IMG/VR virus record: IMGVR_UViG_3300043416_000086
Coordinates: 1-36,924 of that record
Strand: one strand, 5' to 3'
Length of the DNA stretch: 36,924 bases
Source: a virus
Taxonomy: Duplodnaviria > Caudoviricetes
Made by a program: the position numbers and the translations under genes. The notes under the pieces were generated by a model. It was not told where the DNA came from, searched no databases, and saw nothing but the letters and a program-made list of their open reading frames with translations. Every line of letters begins with the position of its first letter. Within the stretch, counting starts at the first letter, position 1. Positions 1 to 7,019 of the stretch are shown one piece after another.

Positions 1-300
1 GGTTTGTTATTTGCCATGATTAAAACTCCTTTATTATTTCCAAAAAAAGTTAATCCCGCCCCAAGGGGCGGGTATTACGTTAACCAGCTACGCGGTAAAA
101 TACATACGTTGCATCAGCAGTCTTACGAACACGCCAAGTACAAGATGTAACCGCAAGAACTGCTGCAACGCCGACCAAAGTACAACCTGTGTTAGCAGTT
201 AGAGTTGCGGTGTCGGTTGAGTCTAAATTAATAATATTAAACTCAAAAGAACTGTTAACTTTCATACTCGGAAATGCTGTATCTAATGCGGTTCCAAGAG
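1..300. repeat. Terminal direct repeat, left copy (circular assembly overlap)
   Basis: 1-300 matches 36625-36924 except for transitions at positions 79, 95, 107, 116 and 173. Confidence 0.97.
42..77 (-). terminator. Intrinsic terminator after the 131-aa gene
   Basis: Minus strand reads CCCGCCC-CTTG-GGGCGGG, then ATTAAC and T7, directly after the stop at 80. Confidence 0.7.
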
Positions 301-475
301 GAACAGTTAATGCGCCTGCTGTTCCGTCAAAAGTAACAATCCCTGTTGCTAATTCAGCGGCTGTTAAAGTTGCTGCTGCTGTTTTAGCCGTTGGGGCTGT
401 TTGTGTACTCATGTTAATTTCGGTTAAGTTACCGTCGCCTAGCTGATAACCACCTGCACCATTAGGTAATGCCAT
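80..475 (-). CDS. Probable capsid decoration / minor virion protein (131 aa)
   Basis: Directly downstream of the coat gene, AAGGAG RBS, rich in Thr/Ala/Gly and beta-strand-like sequence. Function inferred from position. Confidence 0.6.
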   Translation of the reverse strand: MALPNGAGGYQLGDGNLTEINMSTQTAPTAKTAAATLTAAELATGIVTFDGTAGALTVPLGTALDTAFPSMKVNSSFEFNIINLDSTDTATLTANTGCTLVGVAAVLAVTSCTWRVRKTADATYVFYRVAG

Positions 476-495
476 AATAATTCTCCTTAAATATT

Positions 496-521
496 AAAAA
501 AGCCCCCGTTTACACGGGAGC
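496..521 (-). terminator. Intrinsic terminator after the major capsid gene
   Basis: Minus strand reads GCTCCCGT-GTAA-ACGGGGGC-TTTTTT (GNRA loop, U tail). Confidence 0.8.
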
Positions 522-529
522 ATTTAGGT

Positions 530-1738
530 TTAACCCCACAGACGGCAAGCCATTTGTGGTCGGATTGCGCTGAAACCGTATAGAACGTCAATACGGCAAG
601 GTAAACGGTCATTGTTGATGTCGTACTGACGTACTATACGCATCGAAATACCGTTGTGAACTTGACGTGAAGCCATGTCTACACCTTGTGGTAATAGCAA
701 GTCAGCAGTCGCAAAAGTGATCGCATCTTTGTGATAGATCAAGTTTTGTGGGTAAGCTGTTGCAGATCCACCTAAGAAAGTTAAAGCAGCGCCCGAAACA
801 GGGAACGCATTGATAGTAGCCAATGCGTTAGCAGAGGTGTACATCGCTGGCGATACTGTTAGGGTACCAGTTGTGGTTGAAGAAATGTTCAGATCAGCAG
901 TTACAACAAATTGCTGTAAGGAGCCTGTTGACTGACGAGTTTGTGGGTTAACAGCATAGACGTTAGCAACAGTAAACACATCACCAATTCTGAAAGTTGG
1001 TGAACCTGAGCTAAAGCTAATTGCTAATGATGTAGAACCTTCAGCAGTTACAGTAGCAGCTACGATTGGTGCAGTTGGAGTTGTACCAGTTGTATGCTGA
1101 CTGATAGATTGGCTCATGTTGATTTCTTCAAACCCTAATACGCCTTCACCCATCATACCGTTTTTAAATTGGCGGCTGATAGTGTCAGTTGGGTTGAATA
1201 AGCCTTTCATACCTTCAACCAAACCAGCGTTAGCGGCAGGGTTTACAGTAGCGTACCGTGGAGACATTACAGCAGCAGCTTCGTTCAATTTCTGTTGAGC
1301 TTGTAACAAGACCAAAGAAGTTGATGGAACTGTGCCTGGTGTACCAACAGACTGATAAATGCTCTTGAAAGAAGTAGCTACGTCAGCATCAATACTTGAG
1401 GCTAACTGGCTAATACGCGGTTTTAGAACACGCTCAGCGAAGTCATCTAACTGCATAGTTAATTCAGCAGATGTAAAGTTGACACCGATGTGCTTTTGAC
1501 TAGCAACAGTCAAAGTTGTAAACTGTTCGTTGTCGTCTTGAACTTGCAAGGCGGCGCCGTCAGTTACCAAGGCACGATCTGGTAGACGAATACGGAGTGT
1601 TGATCCAATTTTGGCACCTTCAACGGCGAAAGAATCGTCGTATTGGCGGTTTACGTTACGAGTAATTACAAGGTTGTTCTCAAGAATTTCGAGAGCTTTT
1701 CTTGTAATCATATCAATCGTTAAGATCGAATTTGACAT
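530..1738 (-). CDS. Major capsid protein, P22 coat-protein family
   Basis: 402 aa. N-terminal MSNSILTIDMITRKAL..LENNL, KIGSTLRIRLP and C-terminal R.DVLYG motifs. Follows the scaffold gene. Confidence 0.92.
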   Translation of the reverse strand: MSNSILTIDMITRKALEILENNLVITRNVNRQYDDSFAVEGAKIGSTLRIRLPDRALVTDGAALQVQDDNEQFTTLTVASQKHIGVNFTSAELTMQLDDFAERVLKPRISQLASSIDADVATSFKSIYQSVGTPGTVPSTSLVLLQAQQKLNEAAAVMSPRYATVNPAANAGLVEGMKGLFNPTDTISRQFKNGMMGEGVLGFEEINMSQSISQHTTGTTPTAPIVAATVTAEGSTSLAISFSSGSPTFRIGDVFTVANVYAVNPQTRQSTGSLQQFVVTADLNISSTTTGTLTVSPAMYTSANALATINAFPVSGAALTFLGGSATAYPQNLIYHKDAITFATADLLLPQGVDMASRQVHNGISMRIVRQYDINNDRLPCRIDVLYGFSAIRPQMACRLWG

Positions 1739-1761
1739 AATAAAGTCCTTTTATAAAATAG

Positions 1762-2547
1762 TTAGCGGTTTCTCAATGCTTCGTACTTCTTGATCTGTCG
1801 GTTTCGTTCAGCTTCAATCCATTCTGACGTACTCATGTTCTTAATCGAACGAGGATCAGTTGTATCGTATGCTGGCGAGCCAGAACCTCTAGCTGTGACA
1901 GGTGCAATCGGTGCAGGAGCGTTTGAAGTCTTTTTTACAGGCGGGTTGTCGCTTAACTTCGCTTCAATCCTCCCTATTTCTTTGGCCTGCATGAAAGGTG
2001 ATAAGCGAGATATACGTTCAGCTTCTTTTGGATTAGACCCTAGGTAATAAGCCATATCGGGGCCAACATCAGAAGATTGAATCGTTTGAGCCATCACGTC
2101 AGTAATTGGTAGCTTGGGGTTATATGCGACTTGTTCAAAGTCATCATACTTCGTCCGCGCTTCTTCTTCTCTGTCGTGGTAAGACTCTAAAAGATCAGAC
2201 TGCGCTCTAGCTTGTTCACGTTTAACGAGTAGTTCTTCTGCCTTACGTTCTGCTAATACTTCAGCATATTCTTCGGGCGAGTTAAACGAATCGACTGACG
2301 GAATTTCGGCTGGAATCGCCCTTGTTTGCATTTCTGCTCGCTTGGCGTTCTGTTCTCTTTCCCACTTACGTTGTTCTCTTGCAAGTCGTTTTCCAATTGC
2401 GGCGTCTAATTCTTCTTGTGTGAAGGTTTTAGATGCTTCAACAGGCTTTTCTTCCAGCGATGTTACTTCAGTATCAGGAGCTGCTGTTGCTACCTGCTCT
2501 GGCGCGGCAGTTGAGTCCGCTAAGACTACTTCTTGTTCCTCTGACAT
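1762..2547 (-). CDS. Scaffolding protein
   Basis: Acidic N-terminus, FTQEELDAAIGKRLARE, coiled coil, GPD.AYYLG.NP.EA and C-terminal MS.SEW. Immediately upstream of the coat gene. Confidence 0.85.
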   Translation of the reverse strand: MSEEQEVVLADSTAAPEQVATAAPDTEVTSLEEKPVEASKTFTQEELDAAIGKRLAREQRKWEREQNAKRAEMQTRAIPAEIPSVDSFNSPEEYAEVLAERKAEELLVKREQARAQSDLLESYHDREEEARTKYDDFEQVAYNPKLPITDVMAQTIQSSDVGPDMAYYLGSNPKEAERISRLSPFMQAKEIGRIEAKLSDNPPVKKTSNAPAPIAPVTARGSGSPAYDTTDPRSIKNMSTSEWIEAERNRQIKKYEALRNR

Positions 2548-2593
2548 CTTGACTCCTAAGAATCCCTAGCTAACGGCTAGTACGTTTACGGTA

Positions 2594-2623
2594 ATTCTAT
2601 ACTAAAAAACTTATCTATGTCAC
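2594..2623 (-). promoter_or_regulatory. Candidate sigma70-type promoter for scaffold/coat genes
   Basis: Minus strand GTGACA-N18-TAGAAT with an A-rich upstream tract, in the intergenic gap. Confidence 0.5.
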
Positions 2624-2687
2624 TTTTTTATTACTTTTTACGCCCATCAACAACTATTAAGGTATTTAATGACGTAAATATTTTATT

Positions 2688-4418
2688 TTATAAAGCCCCA
2701 TACGCATACGACTTATCCGTAGCGTAAATGTTAAAATCAGCAACTAATAACAATGTAGCCGCAGCGCCTGCTGGTCTAGTAAAACGAATTAATAATGAAG
2801 ATGCAAACTCATCATCAAAACCACCCGCACCTGTACCTGACGATGGAAGTACGTTAATTGGCACAAAATAAAACTTTCTACGCCAAGTTAAAGTAGCTCC
2901 ATCAGCAGGGTTTATTAAAGGAAGCACAGCAAGTCTAGAGTTCATTACATCGTTTGCAGTAAGACTTGGCTCAAGCGCATTTGGGAATAAACTTACAAAG
3001 CAATCGGCAGTATTTGCAGCAACCATAAAACTGATCATTATGACTTTGTTTCTGTATTGGGAAACATCTAACGTATAGGCAAAAGTTAATTCGCCTGTTG
3101 CTGAAGAATCGCCTAGTTGAGGGCCTGAATAACCAAGATAGGAAAAAGCTTGGGTTGTTAATTTTTTAACCCCAGATCCGCTTGCAGTCCATCCAGTAGG
3201 CGACCAAGGGTTTGCATCTGCCGTACTTTTCCATATATCATTAGCCGAATAAACTAAACGACTAAATTCAGGGTATACGCGGTTAGGTGAAGTGTATACT
3301 CCACCGTACCCGCCAATAGGCCAATTATCCCTAACTATGTTGTTGTAGCCTAAATCGGGATTTTCATTAAGCCATGCAGGATATAAAGCTGTTGCAGAAT
3401 AATTTAACGTATTTTGAACAACTTGTATGTACCCAACTTTTCCTGTTCCAATGCCGTTAAATCCAGCTTGAACTAATTTGGTTGTGTCTAACGATATGGT
3501 AGCAAATATGTTGTTTGAGATAATTATCCCATAGACGTTACGAGCGTCATTGCTTTGAATTTCAATGATTCCATAGCCTGCCGCAGAATCACTTTCAAAC
3601 CAACAATCTTGAACTGTAATTGCAGCAGAATCATCGGTAATGCCAGGGCCACCCCCACTACTATCAATTAAAATAGCACTTCTTGTATAAGGACTAAAGT
3701 AGCAGCGTTTTGTGTCTGCACCTTCACAATGATTCAAGGTTAAAGAATTTAGGTGATATCCAAGCCAGCAATTTTGAATTGTAAAATCTTCGCAAAATCC
3801 TTTTGCCAAAGGAATTATAGTTCCATAAGGTGCTGGGTTTTGACTGCCGTTATTATATATACCGCTACCATTACTTAAACCATAAATATTGCAATTATTT
3901 ACATAATACTCACTTGACCCAATAAAATAAATACCATGAGTACAAGCATTGATTAATAAGTTGTCAAAATAACATCGCCATATTTTTTGGCAATAAATAC
4001 CTATGGTTGCAATGCTGTTACCAGAAATAGCCAAGTCACGAATAAATACTTGTAAAACACGACCATCATTGCTATTAAGTGTAGTGGTATCACCTTCTAA
4101 AGTTATTACTGCTGTTGCACTTCCTGCTTTTTTACTAAGAACAGAACTTGGCCCTGTACCTGCTAAAACAATGTTTAAATATCCCTCTGGCAAAGTAATT
4201 CCAGAAACAAGAAAAGTTCCCGCAGGAAAAAATACTGTGCCTGGAATTGTTTGTTGCCCCATACCTTGAGCATTTGTAGTCCTTGCTGCAAGGGCTGCAG
4301 TAATTGTAGCTTGAATTGCACTTGTGTCATCAGTAACGCCATCTCCAATAGCACCATAATCCAGCACGTTAAAAACCGCACCGCTAATCATTGAATAAGT
4401 TGCTTTTGTTAATGCCAT
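2688..4418 (-). CDS. Tailspike / polysaccharide depolymerase (pectate-lyase-like beta-helix)
   Basis: 576 aa. VFNVLDYGAIGDGVTDDTSAIQ and VFFPAGTF motifs, Asn/Cys ladder repeats, short MALTKATYSMI anchor. Confidence 0.85.
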   Translation of the reverse strand: MALTKATYSMISGAVFNVLDYGAIGDGVTDDTSAIQATITAALAARTTNAQGMGQQTIPGTVFFPAGTFLVSGITLPEGYLNIVLAGTGPSSVLSKKAGSATAVITLEGDTTTLNSNDGRVLQVFIRDLAISGNSIATIGIYCQKIWRCYFDNLLINACTHGIYFIGSSEYYVNNCNIYGLSNGSGIYNNGSQNPAPYGTIIPLAKGFCEDFTIQNCWLGYHLNSLTLNHCEGADTKRCYFSPYTRSAILIDSSGGGPGITDDSAAITVQDCWFESDSAAGYGIIEIQSNDARNVYGIIISNNIFATISLDTTKLVQAGFNGIGTGKVGYIQVVQNTLNYSATALYPAWLNENPDLGYNNIVRDNWPIGGYGGVYTSPNRVYPEFSRLVYSANDIWKSTADANPWSPTGWTASGSGVKKLTTQAFSYLGYSGPQLGDSSATGELTFAYTLDVSQYRNKVIMISFMVAANTADCFVSLFPNALEPSLTANDVMNSRLAVLPLINPADGATLTWRRKFYFVPINVLPSSGTGAGGFDDEFASSLLIRFTRPAGAAATLLLVADFNIYATDKSYAYGAL

Positions 4419-4427
4419 GATTTTTCC

Positions 4428-5672
4428 TTAAATGACTTTTACAATGATTTTTGCTCTGCCATCATTTTCAATAGCAATAACTTTACCTATAGCAATCTTG
4501 TATTGATCAAAGGTTGGATTACTTATTGCTTCGCCTTTGATTAAGCCATTATTGTTCACAGGAATAATGTACTGCCCTGCTATTGCTCCAGTAACATTTA
4601 CTGGAACTTGACCTGAAAAAGAAATTCGGTCAACAAGCTGACGGGCGGCTTCTAGCGCGGCATTGAACGTGTCTTTTTCTTCTTGGGTTGCATCATCATT
4701 AAGTTTTGCTAAACCTAAAGACTCTTCATTTCCCCAAGTATCACCACCAACATAAGACGGGTCTGTTGACTTAACAACGAATGTCACCGAATCAGCAAAT
4801 ACATTGGTCAGTTTTCCATTTGCATCAATGCCAACCACATCACCTTTGGCGATAGTAAAATCACCCGCTTTGGTCATATATTCAGCGTAGTCAGCGCCAG
4901 ATGCGTTTACAGTACCGCCAGCATTTATGCTTCTGGCATTTGCGGCGGCTCGACCAACCCACAGAGCCGCAACTGCCCCGTTATAGCTTTCTGTAGATAC
5001 TGAGTTAACAACAAGAGAATTAACTTTTGTCCCGTTGTTGTTTCTCATAATGCAATAAACAACACCTTCAGCACCTACTGCTAGTTCAACATCCAATACA
5101 CCAGCAGCAGAAGAAGCTAAATTAATGCCTAAGTTTCCATCCCATGTTAAAGCCGAGCTATCAGTTAATAATCCACTAGCCCCTGCATAAGTTATTCGAC
5201 CACTTGTTAACCCTGCATTTGTAATTGATGTTGTTGCATTAACAGTAGTAAAACGCCCTGTTGCCGCCGTCGTAGCCCCAACAGAAGTGTTGTTGATAGT
5301 GCTGGCTGCTGTAGGATTAATGGTCAAAGCCCCCGCAGGGCTAATTGCTACGGTACCTGTGCCTGTAGGGCTAATTGCTACGGCAGCATTGGCAGGAGTA
5401 ATATTGGTGGCTACAGAAAGGGTAATGTTATCGCCGCCGCCTGCACCTAAAGAAAGTTGCGTTGTGCCACTAGAATTTTTAAGTGTTAACCCACCTGAGT
5501 TTGTTGCCTGTACCGCCGCAGTAGTTAAACTTGTTGCCGCTATATCACGACCAGCAGTCAAATTCGCAACGGACACTTGTTTGGTAGTGCTGCTTTGAAC
5601 AATAGGTAAAACTTCGGTTCCCGCAAGCGGGACGGTAGACGCTGGTAAAGCGCTAATTTTTGAGTCGGCCAT
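4428..5672 (-). CDS. Tail fibre with C-terminal intramolecular chaperone (Peptidase G2-like)
   Basis: 414 aa. Gly/Thr/Ala-rich shaft, GADYAEY...GDVVG...FSGQVPVNV autocleavage-domain motifs, N-terminal KISALP...LPIVQ. Confidence 0.8.
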   Translation of the reverse strand: MADSKISALPASTVPLAGTEVLPIVQSSTTKQVSVANLTAGRDIAATSLTTAAVQATNSGGLTLKNSSGTTQLSLGAGGGDNITLSVATNITPANAAVAISPTGTGTVAISPAGALTINPTAASTINNTSVGATTAATGRFTTVNATTSITNAGLTSGRITYAGASGLLTDSSALTWDGNLGINLASSAAGVLDVELAVGAEGVVYCIMRNNNGTKVNSLVVNSVSTESYNGAVAALWVGRAAANARSINAGGTVNASGADYAEYMTKAGDFTIAKGDVVGIDANGKLTNVFADSVTFVVKSTDPSYVGGDTWGNEESLGLAKLNDDATQEEKDTFNAALEAARQLVDRISFSGQVPVNVTGAIAGQYIIPVNNNGLIKGEAISNPTFDQYKIAIGKVIAIENDGRAKIIVKVI

Positions 5673-5683
5673 AATATTTCCTG

Positions 5684-6178
5684 TTAGTTATACATTACTT
5701 CAATTTTAGAAGTTACGGGAGGCGCTTCAGAAAAAGTAATTGATGCGTTTGTTACTGAATAAGTATCTTTATTTTGATATACGCCATTAATATAAATTTG
5801 AGTGCTATTTTCACTTAAAGGCGAAACAGGTAAGGTAAAAATAGTTTGCGTGCCGTTGCCCGTAAAATTAAATATTAAATCCGTATTACCTACTGCAAAA
5901 ACATTGTCATAGGTTGCTATAGTTACATTAGTAGAAGTAGCAAGTATAAATTTATACGTTCCTGACGTTAACCAAATTTCACCGCCTGGTACGCGCCCTG
6001 CAGAATTTAAAATAATTGGGTTAGGATGAGCAACAGTACCTAAGCTACTTGTGTAAGTTGTTTTAGGCGTAGTTGTTCCTGCTGCGTAACTGTAGATTAG
6101 CCCGCCTGCTAATGGCACACCATCGTCAGTAAAAAACTGCGCTCCGACCCCCGCAAATAACGATATACTAACCGCCAT
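5684..6178 (-). CDS. Tailspike head-binding-like adaptor protein (164 aa)
   Basis: QFFTDDGVPLAGG.IYSYAAGT...NPIILNSAGR resembles podovirus particle-binding domains. C-terminal FTGNG...INGVYQ...FSEAPP module, no catalytic domain. Confidence 0.65.
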   Translation of the reverse strand: MAVSISLFAGVGAQFFTDDGVPLAGGLIYSYAAGTTTPKTTYTSSLGTVAHPNPIILNSAGRVPGGEIWLTSGTYKFILATSTNVTIATYDNVFAVGNTDLIFNFTGNGTQTIFTLPVSPLSENSTQIYINGVYQNKDTYSVTNASITFSEAPPVTSKIEVMYN

Positions 6179-6181
6179 AAA

Positions 6182-6346
6182 TTACTCCAACAAAATAAGC
6201 CCGTTATCTTCTTGTACAAGATTATTACTGGCTTCAGTTAAAAGGTTTGATACGGATCCGCCACTATCACGAGTGCCTGAAAATAACGTAATTACACTAC
6301 CTAAACCGATAGCTACTCCATTACGTAGGGCAACTCCCCAACTCAT
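6182..6346 (-). CDS. Small virion-associated protein with LLTE motif (54 aa, not in ORF track)
   Basis: MSWGVALRNGVAIGLGSVITLFSGTRDSGGSVSNLLTEASNNLVQEDNGLILLE*. ATGA overlap with the upstream stop, fills the gap exactly. Confidence 0.8.
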   Translation of the reverse strand: MSWGVALRNGVAIGLGSVITLFSGTRDSGGSVSNLLTEASNNLVQEDNGLILLE

Positions 6347-6645
6347 CGAATATTAATTGGTTTGCAATACACGTCGCCGCTATCCGTAACGCGGATTGCA
6401 CTTACTCGCCACGGGGCGCCTGTGCCTGGCGGTACTGTAAACGGGATTGGGGTAAAAGCTGGTATTGGTGTGCTAGCAGTAGTAGCTGTAACGCCTTCAC
6501 CCACTAAAATGTATGCTGGTGTAGTTGACCATACAACCACACCTTGTGGGCCTGCGCCCCAAGTAGCTGTAGAACCTGCGGTGCCAGTATATGCCGCAGT
6601 ACGACCAGGGTAATTGTCATCGGCTAACGGTCTAAGTAACTCCAT
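6343..6645 (-). CDS. Hypothetical small beta-rich virion protein (100 aa)
   Basis: AAGGAG RBS, in the structural operon, rich in Thr/Ala/Gly/Pro. Confidence 0.7.
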   Translation of the reverse strand: MELLRPLADDNYPGRTAAYTGTAGSTATWGAGPQGVVVWSTTPAYILVGEGVTATTASTPIPAFTPIPFTVPPGTGAPWRVSAIRVTDSGDVYCKPINIR

Positions 6646-6656
6646 TACATTTCTCC

Positions 6657-7019
6657 TTATGCTAAGAACCTTAGCTTGTACAATGTCGATAAATATAACT
6701 CGATAATACCATCAATTAAGTTCTGCAACGGTGCATCGTCTTTATCGCATACATCGTAACGCACAGATTCAATTTCGGCAAGTTGATTTTCTAAAAATTC
6801 AACCACATTTGATGTTTTTTTGGCGGACATCAGGCTGATTGGCCCTACTAGACCATGCCTGCCTTGATAAGCCTCGGCAAAACTATCAGCTAAATCAATG
6901 ATATTTTCATAAAATTTCTGTAAAGCCTTGTGTTTTGCGTAACTTCTAGTGTTTAAATGCACACTATGCGTTACATCACGGGCTAAAAAGAATAATCCGA
7001 TAAAATCTGCGGCTTTCAT
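6657..7019 (-). CDS. Dps/ferritin-like four-helix protein (DUF5856-like)
   Basis: H18/H21...H30-x14-D45-x3-E49 spacing resembles Dps ferroxidase ligands. Helical, ATGA-coupled to the portal gene. Confidence 0.65.
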   Translation of the reverse strand: MKAADFIGLFFLARDVTHSVHLNTRSYAKHKALQKFYENIIDLADSFAEAYQGRHGLVGPISLMSAKKTSNVVEFLENQLAEIESVRYDVCDKDDAPLQNLIDGIIELYLSTLYKLRFLA

